Origin: Lepidodermella squamata
Taxonomy: Eukaryota > Animalia > Gastrotricha
Reading direction: 5' to 3'
Length of the DNA: 64,000 nucleotides
Assembly (NCBI GenBank): GCA_047495785.1
Contig: JBLDXI010000002.1
Location: 2,604,001-2,668,000 of the forward strand
Shown here piece after piece: positions 48,934 through 62,428 of the stretch. A model generated the notes under the pieces. It had not been told where the DNA came from. It saw only the letters and a program-made list of their open reading frames with translations, and did no database searches. The translations under genes were made by a program, and so were the position numbers. Positions within the stretch are counted from its first letter, which is position 1. Each line of letters starts with the position of its first letter.

Positions 48934-50612
48934 ATGAGCGGATCGGTGAGTCCATCGCCGCCTATGCCAGCTCCGCGTTCGGGAACCCTCCGCCACCAAC
49001 CGATGAGCACAACGTCGACGAGTACAACTGGCTCTCGGGGTGGACCGAATTCCTTATGCAGCGTCGCAGGCTGCGGCCGTCGAGCAATGAATGAAGCCTG
49101 TTACCACTGTGGGACTTGGCTATGCCCTGTCGATGATTTCATCCACAAGGAGGATTTAGCCGATAAACACATCGTTGTCCTCAGAATGGTTTGAACTATA
49201 CCCAACTTATTTTATTGATGATTCATCTCTTTTTTAATTAGATCATAAGACGAGCTAGAGAATGGCAATTGACATTCACTGATCCGATCAACGCTCAGCA
49301 AAGTGGTTCGGATGCTTCGGGAAAGTTCAGCGATAGCAGTGATCCACCACTAGCAAAGCCTATGCTTGCGAATATGAAGCAACCTGATTCAATCGAAACC
49401 GTTGATCTCTCAAAAGCTGAACGCGTCAACAGCTTCAATTCGACTGGGTTTGCTCTATCGAAGTCGGATGAGCTTCAGATGGTTAGGAATTTTTAGAGTT
49501 CAGTTAAGGAAGGTTCTAATATCCTATCTTAGGTTATTGAAAGAGCCGAAGAGCTCGCAGCACTTCTTGAGACAAAACGAGCGCGTCGTCTCGACCTTCG
49601 ATCGATTGCGGCCGAAATCGCTGATATGAAGCGAAAGGTGTCGTTCCTCGAGGGTGTTCAACCGCCGCCGCGTAGGCCGACCAACATGATCGTCCCATCT
49701 CGCAGCGCCAACTATTCCCCAGTATCACCGCCGTCTATGCCGGCGCACCATCATCACAGCCAAATGAGCACGCCGCATCAGGCCTCTTCGATGGAAAACA
49801 AGCAACTGAACGCACTGATTAGCGCGTCGAACGCTGAGTTGTCGGCTGTAGAAAAGCTGAAGCTTGCAATCGCATATGAGGAAGAACGGCTCAAGGAACG
49901 CCGAAAAAACGTAAGTGCATATAAATTCCCGACTATAGCTTGAAACTTCTCTCAATTTCTACAGCTGAGTCCTTCTGTTCCTCCATGCCCATCGCCCCTC
50001 CCGATGCTATTGTTAGTATCAGAGCTAGCCGCAAATGATAGCGAGCGAAAAAAAGTTTGCTGATGGTCTCTTTTTGACCTGATAATCTCAATGTGTTTTA
50101 AACCGCAGATATTCTTCAGTCGAATTCATGGGAACAATATATCGATCTCTAACGATGCATCGCAAACTTCTAGGAAAGACGTGACCCGAACGAATGGCGG
50201 GAATATTTGCTTTACGTCTCGCCCAGTTATCGCAAACGAACGCGTTGTGTTGACCTGTCTTCAATCGTACCCAACTAGTCATTCTATTGAGATCGGCTTC
50301 ACGACCCATGACCCGCATACGCTGGCCCACGAACTGCCGGACTCGTTTGCTAACTCGATATGGGGGCGGGACGAACAGTCTTGGCAGCCTGGTTTTTGGA
50401 TCCACATCGGGCGAGGGTTGCTGCAACGCGAGAATGATGTGTTGTCTTTCTGCTTCAACGCTGGGGGTCAGGTTATAGTCGCTGAGAGCAACGGAGCTAC
50501 GACAACTTACAAATTGCCATCGTCTTTTGCTCCGGAGCAGCCGGCCTGGGCCATCATTGACTTAGCCGGCAGAGCAAGCGTTGTATCAATAAAAAACGCT
50601 AACTCGCAGTGA
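48934..50612 (+). CDS. B-box-like Zn finger - coiled coil - neuralized homology repeat (NHR) protein
   Basis: CSVAGC..CYHCGTWLC..H; heptad-rich exons; final exon from 50109 reads FSRIHGNNI..CFTSRP..IEIGFTTHDP..WAIIDLAG, the NHR signature. Confidence 0.75.
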
Positions 50613-51098
50613 AAAATTAACGATCATCGCAATATATACATATATCCCTGTGCTGATACCTATTTATTTTTCTAGTTTTTAGTGGAAAATAAATTTTGGT
50701 TGAAATGTTATTTACTCGGTATTTTATTTGTTTTCTCCTTGGTTAGGTATAAGCTTGGGTTTGGGACATTAATATAAAAATACAAAAACTATGATAATTT
50801 CCTCAAATTTATTTAGGAAAGGCGTCAATGAGCCATGTGATCGAAGTAAATGTTTTTATAAAAAGCTGAAATTAAATAAATTCTGTCGTTTTGAGCTAAA
50901 AGATAATAAAAATTTACCGTTTTTCGGTAAATTTTTATTTAATATTTAAGATTCGATAATTTTTGAGCCAGATCGGCGTCAAATTTATCAAAATTTATTT
51001 AAATTTCCTGTTTGACCTCATTTATGACAATTTATTGTCAAATTTTAATAAAATTTGGCTGAAAACGACAAAATCTGGCAAAAATAAAATAAAATCTA

Positions 51099-51300
51099 TG
51101 GCGATTTTTGTAGCCCTGTTGCGTAATCGATTTTGGGCAAAAATATATTAATTTTAAGGAATTTCGCCAAAAATCAAATAAAATCTATGTCCTGCTATGT
51201 CCGGCAGGACATAGATTTTATTTGATTTTTGGCGAAATTCCTTAAAATTAATATATTTTTGCCCAAAATCGATTACGCAACAGGGCTACAAAAATCGCCA
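51099..51300. repeat. Perfect long inverted repeat (97-bp arms, 8-nt spacer)
   Basis: 51099-51195 is the reverse complement of 51204-51300; spacer TATGTCCG. Confidence 0.9.
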
Positions 51301-51454
51301 ATTCCTGTCCAGACACTTTCTCCTTCGAAGTTTGAGCAGGCACTTGTGATGTACGCATTCTAATCAATTTCGTCAAAATTCCATCAAAAACTCGATTAGT
51401 TGACGCCGACGAGCAATAAGCCTGTCTATCACCTAAGCACTACCCTTAAGCGCG

Positions 51455-51770
51455 CTAGATCAGTGGGAAAAACAATGCGAGCCTTCTTTCTCTTGGGTTT
51501 TCATCAAGACGCTCGTTTCGCGATGTTGCAATATTGTGAAGCACACAACAGGCACCCAGAAATATATGTGTAGCGGAGTAGAAATTTATTGTCATCATCG
51601 CGAATGACTCTGAAGCAACCTTTGAGTATACCAAAAAGGCATTCGATGACAATTCGAATGCTAATGATCGCGGCCTGGAATCGTCGCTGAGCTTCGCTCA
51701 AAGCTCAAAGGATCACTCAGAGGCGTTATGAGGGACACCAAACATGGATTCCCGGAGTCGCCACGATGAG
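51455..51770 (-). mobile_element. Degraded PIF/Harbinger (HARBI1-like DDE) transposase fragment
   Basis: Across frameshifts: GDSGNPCLVSLITPL, RIVIECLFGILKGCFRVI and GACCVLHNI, matching Harbinger motifs GDSGYP..L.TP, R..VE..FG.LK.RF, ACC.LHN. Confidence 0.8.
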
Positions 51771-53218
51771 GTTCATACCAAGATATCGAATTACAATTTT
51801 AATTTCTTGTGTAATTCTTGCCCCTTTCTCTCTTGCCCTTCTTCTCGTTATTATCATTCTGTTTCCCATCGCGAACCGATCAACCGATCAACGCGAAGCG
51901 AAAATTGAGACTACGATTATAGTTTCAAGTTCTAGAGCACGAAATAAGGCTATAACTTGGAGAACCTTGAAATTGAATTTTTTTCGAAATGTTGAATAAG
52001 AAGGCTGAAAAATTCAAGTTTCGTCAAGGAACTTGAAGTCGCCTTCATTTTTCAATATTGAGAATGAAATTAAGAATGACACCTGACACCTACATCTGTG
52101 TTTCGCAATATTTTCACTTGTTACGCAACAGCAATAATTTTCAGGTTTTCTCAAAATCAGATAAATTTAATAAAAATTGGGGCAAATTTCCTTTCGATCA
52201 CACCCGGAAAAATATTAATCTAATAAATTTACTGAGAATAAGATTTCATAAAAACATTCTTTTCGATCACATGGCTCAATAAAGCAAAAATTTAATTTAA
52301 GAAAAAACTTGAAAATATAGACAAGCGTCTGTTGTCGGCTTCTATACTCCTTTAAAAATAAATAAAAATTTACCGAAGGCAATAAAGCATGTCAATAAAT
52401 GCTAACTGACTGGTGAGGACATTTAAAAATTTGATTAATTAAGATTATATGCTTTAGATTCATCAGCTAAGCGAAAAACTAATGTAATTTGCATGAACTT
52501 GATATCTACTTTCTAAATGAACTATCATGTCATTACTATGTATCTTCAAAAGTCTTCCATCTTGCTTTCATAGCTATGAATGATTCGAGAGCTGTATAAA
52601 AATACATGAGTTATTTTGAACCGGACATTCGATCCGATCCGGAAATGTCAATTATGGCGTCCAAACTGGATCGATTATAGGATTAAAGCCAGATTTAGGC
52701 AGGAAAGGACATTTTTCAGAGAATTTGGAGAAAAGTGCAAGCGACAATCCAAATTCTTAGAAGGTTCCAATGGAACAGTTATTTCCATTATGAATTTCAT
52801 ACCCTAACAGCTTGTGAAATTTGTAAAATTCTAAATCTAAAGTCTTATTTCCTATTTCCAAAATCCGGGCTCACTCTAATACGGACTATTTTACCCGGCA
52901 CCTGGCACGATCTTGTGAAATTGTTCACTATAGGATCGCCATTTCATCAGTTGATTTTATTTCTGAATTCAAATTAAATGTTATGTAAATAAATGTTGAT
53001 ATAATATCTCGAAAGATACCAGCAGAGAATGGAGGCAAGAAACAAAACTTCAAAATAATTGGCTGATTTTAGCAAATCAATCAGGAGCAAGTTTAACAAT
53101 CAAGGTTCAAATCTACTCGGCTGAAATTCAGAATGGAAGAGATGGGAGCTATATCATACATTTTCTAAACACCAGAGAATTGTGTTACCCAGCACGGGAA
53201 ATCGAAGGGATATCGAAG

Positions 53219-55588
53219 TTATTCTGCTTTGGTAGCTTTGACTACTTCTGGAACCTCGAGCGACACGTCTTTTTCTAAATAAACAAGGAGCCAAAATTAA
53301 ATTGAAGTAAAATTTAAAAAAAAATCCGTACCCTGAGGAACAGCATCAGCGATATACCCGCTAGTTTTAGCGCATGAAGTGCAGTACATACTGTCACCGC
53401 GAGCGAAAGACGTTTCGCCGATCAGCGTCCTACGGCATCGCGAGCAGATGTAGCAGAAGCTGTGCCAGTGTCGCGATTTATCCTTGGAAGATATTTGCTG
53501 CTCAAGCCGGCTGTAGCGGAAAATGCGATCTTTGCACTTGCAACACGTCTCAGCCGTAAGCTCGTCGTAGCAATCGTCGCAGTAAACCAGGCCGTCGGTA
53601 TGGGCGTGATACCCGGACCCGGACATGTTACTGCTTGTCATGAGCGAACGCATGCACTTCGAGCATTGGTAACAATAGTCGTGGAAATATTTAGGATCCG
53701 ACTTTTTGTCATGCACGGTAATTTGCTTCTCATGGCGGCTGAATCTTCGGATTGGCTGCTTGCAGGAATTACAACTCTGGCCCGTTAATTCATCGAAGCA
53801 ACCAGCGCAGTACATCGAGCCGTAGTCGCCGATTGAAAATTGCCGAATTCCGGCTAGGGATTTAAAGCATTTCCAACATGCGTAGCAATAATCGTGCCAG
53901 AATTTCGTCCGGTCTTTCGACGCTATTTGCTATTAAATAAAACATTTGAGACCGGTCTAACTTCGGAAATAAACTACTTTTTCTTGCCGACTGAAGCGAT
54001 AAATTGGCAGATCGCACCTGTGGCATTTGTTCGCCGTTAATTCGTCGTAGCAAAAGTTGCAGTACATTTGCGAATCCGAGTGCCAGTAATGCCCTAGCCC
54101 GACCATCGGCCGTTTGCACTTGGAACAGGCGTAACATTTCTCGTGCCACTGCATATCAGGATGCTCTTTCGACGAAATCTGCTTCTCGCCTCGACTACAT
54201 CGATAGATTCGTTCTTTACATTTGACGCAAATTTTCGAAGTTAGCTCGTCATAACAAGCTAAACAAATTAATTAAAATCCACCTTAATTTTTTGTTCAAC
54301 TTTTTTACCTGGGCAGTACATGTTGCCATCTTCGTAGGCATAGTGCCGATGGCCAACCAGCGACACTTTGCACTTTTCGCAGCAGTAGCAAGTCGCGTGC
54401 CAATGTCGCCGCTTGTCTTTCGAGGTTATTTGTTTCTGGCTCGCGCTGCATCGGTAGATTCGGGTGTTGCACTTCGTGCAAATGGAACCCTCTTGATCGT
54501 CGTAGCATCTAGCACAGTACATACCGATTCCAATGGTGTAATAGCCTTTCCCAATCAGCGATTGTTCACAGCACACACAGGTGTAGCAACTAGCGTGCCA
54601 ATGCTGAGTCCCATCCATAGACGAAATTTGCTATAAGAAGAAAAAATCGACAACAGATTCAATTATTTTCGGAATTTCCAACCTTTTCATCTTCGGAGTA
54701 GAGCTTGATTCTGAAATCGCAGCGTTCGCAAATATCCGAAAAGTTCTTATCCATGCATTTATCGCAATAGATATCGTCGTTCCGCATGAAGTAACCGGTT
54801 TTTATAAGATTTTTGTCGCATCCACCGCATCGAAAACAAGTGTCATGCCAATGTTGAGAATTATCACTCGAAGATATCCTCTGAAAAATATTTAAAGGCG
54901 ATTAAAATTGATGGTAACAAAATAATCGCTCTCCACAAGTCATCCAACTTAAAAATTGAGGGAAATTCATGAAACCGGAACAAAACTCAAAAAGATCAGG
55001 TTGGGTTGCTGTAAAATTTACCCGCTTTGAAATTATTGCGAGAATTTCACAAATTAATGATTGTCGAATTTTATCAAATTAAAATCTTACTCGGTTTGTT
55101 TTTGACAGCGTGATCAACAGGTGGCATTTTGTGCAGAAATCGGATCCGCCCGGGTGATCATCGTTGTCGCCTAATTCATGCTGCGTTGAACTGAGCCACT
55201 CTGCCCTTGGCGGTGCGACGGACGATTCGCCGGTCGGGATGACAATTGTTGCTTCCTTAAAAACGGCGACAGGGTCATCATAAGCTTGCGTCGATTTAGC
55301 ATCATCGTCATCATCGACAACGTAAAGTTCGTTTTTAACTAATTTCAGCTTCGGTTTAGGCGAGGCGGCGAAAATTTTAACGAGAAGCATAGTTATAGCG
55401 CTAACTAAAAGCAACAAAGCGGTGAAAGCCGATAGGAAGCAAAGCAGCCAAGCGTTGTCGGCCAGCGCGTTCAAAATGGCCGTCTGTAAACGAACCCGAA
55501 CAAGTTGCTGGTGATCGGCCACTTCCGGCTCGCGCTGCGTCGACGCCACATCCAACGCCGCCTTATTGTTGCCCTTGGCCAGCTGCAT
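53219..55588 (-). CDS. Transmembrane protein with seven tandem LIM domains (FHL/limpet-like repeats)
   Basis: Hydrophobic stretch AWLLCFLSAFTALLLLVSAITMLLVKIFA in exon 1, then 7 LIM units (CxxC..HxxC xx CxxC..YCxxC) over short-intron exons; ends EKDVSLEVPEVVKATKAE*. Confidence 0.85.
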
Positions 55589-56808
55589 TTTGGCTTCGCG
55601 AAAGCAGGAAACACGGCCTAGTGGCGATTTAACAATAGTAACACGGATGAAAAAACGCGAGAGAAAATGATACTAGACATGGCGCCGGCTTTCGTTCGAT
55701 TTTTTCCAAGATTTATTACGAACAACAGCCGATTAAGCTATTCCACGTATAGTTACCGGTTTAACAACAGCGTACATAATAATAATTTAACTGCAATCAT
55801 CTAGCCTCATTAGTTATTACCGCTACATGCGTCTCTTTTATCGATTCTGCTGATTGTTTTCTTATAGGCGCCGCCTTTTTTCGATCGCAGAGGCACCCTG
55901 AGGCAGGCCATCATAAGACACTCGCAATTTCCAGTGCATTTTTTGGTTTTTTCCAAGCTCGATAATCTGATATTTATGTTTTATGTTTATAAAGAATTTC
56001 CAGCGCAGCGACGTTTTTACTGAGGTAAAAAATTTGGAAAATGTGAGCTGGAAAAAAAATTTCTGCCAAAAATTGCGAGACATTTTCGAAAAAAAAAATC
56101 CGCCATAAGAAAAATCAATATTATCCATGTGAAATTAGCGGCGGAAATTCGGAATTGTTGGTACAGAATTTTTCAAACAGCAAAAATGTGACTACACCGT
56201 TGGATTCAGAGGCCCAATCAGAAGGACGTGATTGAAATATTTATATTTTGAGAAATCGCATCTTTAATTTGCGTTGCCTGGCTTAGTTTATATATATATT
56301 ATCTAGGTTACCTCAACAGTTACAGCATGCAAATCGGTCCATCGGCATAGATTCGCTTGAGACCAGAGGTGACAAAATACTCACTTAGGTTCGGTCCCAC
56401 CGGGTTTCTTCATAGAATCGAGTTCATCGCAGCATGACGAAACTACGGCAGTATATACAAGCCTATTGAGGACATGAATATTCTTCAGACGCTTATTTTA
56501 TGACTACACTGCTTTGGAACGCGCGGTCATCGAAGAACAATGCCGCCGCCGGAATGAAGTATGGGCCAAAGCAAGTGTTTGGCCTTGATGTTGAGCTTTT
56601 CTGCTCCTCTTTTCAGAGACACTTTATTGTCGGCCTCCAACTCTTCAAATCAGAAACGGCGATAATAGGCAGTTTTAGGCTGGACTAAATCACTACGCGT
56701 AATTTATTCATGTACCCAAATGATTAACTGCGTTGCAAAGAATCTACACAATTTGAAAATAAAAAATGCTAGATTTCTCGACAGAAAAAGGTCATTTTTT
56801 CCAAGAGA

Positions 56809-57237
56809 TCATTTTCCATAACACTCTTCGTGCCAGTGTTTGATCCCATCGCCGTCAGTGATGTCCTGGAAGAATGAATTTTTGAAAAATAATTCAGCGA
56901 AAATCGAGCTCAAACCTGTTCGTTTTTCGAGTACTGCATGATGAGCTTTCCGCAGTGTTCGCACTTGTACTGCATGACTTTCTCATCCATACAGACGTCG
57001 CAATAGAGCTCGCCATCTTCCTCGTTAGTGAAAAAGGCACAGGTCAACAGCGATTTGTTGCAAGCTTTGCAAGTAAAGCAGCGTTCGTGATAATTTTTGT
57101 CGGCTTCATCAGTCGATATTTTCTGAATTTAAATCGGCAATTATATGGTACTTTTAGCTGGGAAATATTCTTACCCGATCAGGATTCTCCTCGGTTCCAA
57201 ATCTTTTCTGGCATTTTACGCAAATATCGTCGGCCAT
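56809..57237 (-). CDS. Small 1.5-LIM-domain protein
   Basis: MADDICVKC..|YHERCFTCKAC..YCDVC..CEHC..|HWHEECYGK*; 3 exons. Confidence 0.8.
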
Positions 57238-57929
57238 TTTTTTAGGATCTCGCGAAATAGGTGCTAATTTTTGGGCCTATTTATAGCTAGCTTTATGGGC
57301 CAAAATTCTCGTCCTGCTTCTGAAAAATACGTGATTTCTGGCAAAATAGACCCCTGGGCCGAGTAAGCACGCTCGGATGAACTAAATCGGTTCCGGACTT
57401 ATTGTCGGTTTGGCTATAATAGGCCCATTTCGCTAAGAGATCGCATACTCGTGTGTTTTTACAGCATTAGAGGCCGGCGCTTCGCGTTCAAATTCGCTCA
57501 ACGAGTCCCTCTTAACATCATTACTCAAAATATCGTTACTGCTCTCGGCAAAAAATCTAGGCCATGTGTACGATGCTCATCTTTGAGTAGCAGTTTTTTG
57601 TCTGCGGAAAGGGAGATAATAAAGTATCCGTTTTTTATCTTTTCACACTTTCCCAAGATAAACAAAACGAAAATCATTCACGGCATCTTTATTCTGTCAA
57701 AAATTTAGGAAACATGAGATACTCGAAATTTAGGAAGCAGCGTCGGATTTATTGTATATTACCTAAGCAGAGCGATGAAAAGCTACGTATGTTTTATACG
57801 CTTATTTGATCCAAGGGCAGTGCGTTGGAACAAATTGCCATAAAATCATAAAAGTAAGGCTTGCGATTGGTTATAGAAATAATATTGTGACCGGATGAGG
57901 ATGAATAATACTGATTGCGGATTGCTTGA

Positions 57930-58663
57930 TCACCAGGATGTAAGATTCGTCGTCGATCGGCGCCTGCCGTCACGCTTCGCTTCGCGCTGCTTTCGGGTTG
58001 TTTGACTCGGAACGCATCGCTTGTGATAGTGTTCAGTTCCATCGATTGACGACATTTGCTGGATAATCACTTGAAAAATTATCGACTTCAAATAGAAGCC
58101 TAGTACTTATACCTCTTCGCCCCTTTCGTATTGCCGGATTCGCATACCACATTTGCTACATTCTTTGGAGTACTTCACGTCCATACAATGATTGCAAAAC
58201 AGGTCTTGGTGGAAGAAGAAGCCATCAGATTCTAATTCGCCGCCGCATTCTTTACAGGTAAAGCAATGCTTAAAAAATGGGATTTTAAATAAAATAAACG
58301 TGAATGAAAAAAATTAACTCACCTCGTGCCAATGCATTTCCCCATCATCGCTATCACAAGTTACTTTCTGGAGGAAAAAAGGCGTTAACAATTTAGCAGG
58401 TTACGATTGAAAATAATCACCTTATCTTTGACTGAATCAATGTCTATGCCACATCGATCGCATTTATAGACCGCTCCTGACGCTCGGCGGCCATGTGGCT
58501 TGGTGCCAGGTTCAGTCACTCGCGCCGAAACTGGCGCTACCTTACCGGGGTTACCCAACAAATGACTGCCAAGGGATCCCACGCGCTCTCGCATCGGCGG
58601 CAAATCCAAGACAACTTTATCGCGAAGTTCATCGCTGAGGTCATCTGCTGCTTTTTCGGCCAT
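57930..58663 (-). CDS. Small 1.5-LIM-domain protein
   Basis: CDRC..|HWHE|HCFTCKEC..FCNHC..CSKC..|HYHKRC; same intron layout as the 43.1-43.8 kb gene. Confidence 0.8.
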
Positions 58664-59636
58664 CTTATACTAATCTCCTGTAAATTATGAAAGTTCGCTT
58701 GAGCCCGTAATTCGGAAGTATACAAAAAGTAGTGTTATTTAGTGCAAATTTTGTTTTCTGGACGAATTGTTGGCATTGGGGGTTATTAGGTTTACGTAAC
58801 GAAAAAAAAACAGTTGGGCGTTTTATATGTGCGTTTCAAATCGGCATAAATTGAGCGGCACGGCGGGGCTCATCGTGCGCAAATAGGTATTACGTTTGGT
58901 AAGCGTTATCGTGTTTACGAGCTGTGTTTCGCGTAGATCGGATCGTCCATCGGTTATTATGATGGTAACTGGTAACACAAAGTCCCTGTTTATAGGCTAA
59001 TAAGTAACAGAAAATATGAAGAGCACGCCCCAACACACGTATAATTTCTGAAGGAGCACTAAGAGGAGCCACAATAGTTCTGCGATATTGGATCCTTAGC
59101 AATAAATGGCTATTAAGGCTGCAACCGACCAGCTCTAAATTTATAAAAAAAACAGCGTAAAAAACAAAGCATTGTTTCACTCAGGAATAATGTATAATCA
59201 GTCGTGATTGAATTAGGCGTATTTGCAAGAGGTATAATTCTGTGGCTATTTAAGGATGCTTCGGTTCTTTCTCGTCGGCGGCTGCGTGCACTTGAAACGG
59301 CTTTGTTCAGCGTTCGATTATTCAAACGGCGCCTTTTGTGCGCACAAGAGCGCGCCACGAAGCTAAAAGCAGCAGGTTTTTTACCGTGTAAACATTACGC
59401 GCAAATCTCAGGAGAGCACCCAGTTCTTGGCGGAAGGAAGCGCGTCTTAAATCTCGATTTCGTCGCAAACCATATCATAGCTCCAACCGTGCTGAATGCT
59501 GTCAAATTAAAATCCAAGCAATGTAAATTTTATTGTTCTAAATTTCTATTCAACTTCAATTAAATAGTCAATATTCGAGTCATTTTAGGTATTATTCTAC
59601 CAGGGTCTGGTTAAGGTTGAGGACCAATTATTGAGG

Positions 59637-60383
59637 TTACTTCCGAATTTCCTGTAAAGTGTGAGGCATGCACTTCTCGTGCCAGTGTTGCTTGCCGTCG
59701 AGTGATGAAATTTGCTGAAAAAAGATAAATAATCGCATTCATTCAGGGTTCAAAGTAAACGATCTTAATTCCTGATCTAAGGATTCTAGCCCATTGGTTT
59801 CACAGGCTGATTGCTGATTGCTGACTTCTTTGTATCATAATTGGGACAAGTTTTACAAGATATAAGTATTAAAATCCAGCTTAATAATTTCTGCTAAATA
59901 TTTCCTAGCCACCGAATATTGCGGAAACTGATTACAACGTCCGCACCTGTTCATCCATGGAAAATAGATTTATCGGTTTTTTGCACTTGCAGCAAATATT
60001 TGCTGTTAAGGCGTCCATACAGGTGTCGCAGTAGATGTTGTGCTCGTGGGTGAAAAAGCCTTCCTGAACAAGCGACTTGTGACATCGCGCACAGTTGAAG
60101 CAAGATTCATGCCAATGCAGGCCCGAGTCGGATATTTTCTTCTGCTTCTTCTGCGGATCGATGTCCTTCTGGCATTTGACACACGTATAAACAGTTATCG
60201 ATTGCCTTCGCCCTCCAGCGCCTTTGACCTTGCTCTTGCGACTCATTTTGCTTTTGGTTCGCTTTAAGCTGGTTTTCGTTTCCTGGAAAAATTAATTAGC
60301 CCGCGATAGATAAAGTTAGGAGAAATTGTTACCAAGTCAATAACTTCATCGACCTCATCATCGGCGTCAATCGTTGATGACAT
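59637..60383 (-). CDS. Small 1.5-LIM-domain protein
   Basis: MSSTIDADDEVDEVIDL|..CVKC..HWHESCFNCARC..YCDTC..CCKC..|HWHEKC..*. Confidence 0.8.
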
Positions 60384-61269
60384 CGCGAATAAAAGCTTTT
60401 ATTATTGTTTCAGGGTAAAGAATATTGTTATGAAAATTATTATTATTATGCACTTGGGTATGGTATAGTTTCAGGAGGTAACTATTTTTAGCGATACACA
60501 GCTTGTTGCCGGGCGGTTACTCTGCTTATTAACAAACCGTTTTTTGCGGCTGGCTCCTCATAGTTTACGAACGTGTAAAAATCAAGACACATGGCCACGC
60601 TCCGGAAAATGCCCTCGGCTATAGTATAGCTAAGTATAGCGCTGTGTATATCGATGAAGGAACTAAAACCTTGCACACAACAATGCGAAGAATACAAGAA
60701 CTGAAATAATAAACAACTCTCTCATTTTATTTAGTCTTGTCTGGGAGCTGTTTGAGGCGTCAAAACATAAAGCATTTGAATCTCGAGTTTCAAGGCTGGG
60801 TTGTCATGTCTAGTGTCGACATTTTTCGTGCCAGATTTGGAAAAAGCAGCGAACTGGAATTATTTGATGTTTGAAATTTTTAGCCTCCTAACCTGTAAAG
60901 TTTGATACCATAAGCAAGAGATCGGTTATAAATCGAATGAGGTTGAGCGCACCAGATCGGCAATTTGATCCGAAGCCTCTTCGACCGTTAGACCGTTTCA
61001 GTAAGCGATGGCTGAGTTTCAATTCGTTCAGAGGTTGCCGCTGTTTCAAATTCCTTATTTTCATCCTTATATTGTTCGTAAAGCTGTAGAGTTCTGGAGG
61101 AAAAAATAGAATGCAACAAACAGGTAACTAGCAGCTGTCTCCTTTTGGCAATCTGCATGAAAAGCAAATGCACCAGTTTTTTGGAACCTTGTAACATATA
61201 TAAATCGAGGCCTAGGTCGACTAAACGCCTCGGAAAAAATGATAAACAGTCTCTTTATTGCTAAATATG

Positions 61270-62428
61270 TCACTGCATGTTAATAACAAAACGAAAGTAA
61301 ACGAAAACACAGGAGAGGACAAGAGGGATTGACGATGCAAGTTCGACCGCCAAGTTAGTTGACGGCGTTACCAAACTGGCTTTTCGGTGCTGTAGTAACC
61401 AAACAATACTGTAGTAGCCACCAGCATCTGCCTCGCTTAGAGCTGTTTCCGCACGTTTCCCGGTAGCTTGAACATCAGCCCCGCGATCGAGCAGTAGTTG
61501 AACAACATCAGAGTATCCGCCAGCCGCGGCCCAGATTAGAGGTGTCCTACCCTGGGTGCCGTCTCTTGCTTCTATATCAGCGCCTTTATCAAGAAATAGT
61601 CGAGTCAAATCAGAGTTGCCAGTGCTGGCAGCTAGAAGTAGCGGCGTGAAGCCATCGTCGCCAACTGTATGGACACTCGCGCCGTATTTCAGTAGCATCT
61701 CAGCCGCATCAGCATTCTTCGCCTCCATGAGAACCGTGTAACCGTCGCTGCCTCTCGAATCCACCTTGGCGCCTCGTTTCAGCAACAAATTCATCGCTTG
61801 CAAATTGTGCTTCCTCGTTGCAAACATTAAAGGTGTCAAGTCCTCTCGGTTCTTTGCGTCGACATAAGCACCACGGTCTAGCAGCAGTTCTGCAGCCGGC
61901 AACATGTTGTTCAATATGGCGAAATGCAACGGCATGTTGTGATTCTGCCCCTCGCCAGCATTCAACTTTGCCCCAGCGTCGATTAGTAAGCAAATGACTT
62001 CCACATCCCCGTAGTGAGCGGCCAGACCTAACGGGCGTCGTCCTGAAAAAGTATCTTCTATATTGACGTTGGCGCCATAAGTGATAAGTAGCTTGATCAT
62101 TTCCTTCTTCTGATTGCACTGTGTAGCTCTCAGAAGAGCAGTTGCGCCTCTGATTCCATCTTGAGTGAAATCACCGCAGTAGTGGGTGTCTTTAGTGTCG
62201 CGAGCGTTGATTTCAACTGCCCCTGAGCTAGCTAGCTCACGGACAGTGCTCAAATCTCCAGTGGCAGCCGCGTCTCCCAACATTTTCACTTGCTCCAAGA
62301 CTCTATTTTCGGCCTACAAATCCGATGATTAAATAAAAACTCTTAAGTAATATTATTGATGAACCAACTTTTGCAAACACTACTAGAATTGATCTGCTGA
62401 TGAGGGTAAGAATCACAGCGCGTAACAT
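61270..62428 (-). CDS. Ankyrin-repeat protein with N-terminal signal peptide and C-terminal hydrophobic anchor (exons 62428-62369, 62313-61270)
   Basis: Exon 1 MLRAVILTLISRSILVVFAK splices in frame. About 8 ankyrin repeats (GRRPLGLAA, MPLHFAI, LTPLMFA, GFTPLLLAA, GRTPLIWAA); tail LASSIPLVLSCVFVYFRFVINMQ. Confidence 0.85.
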
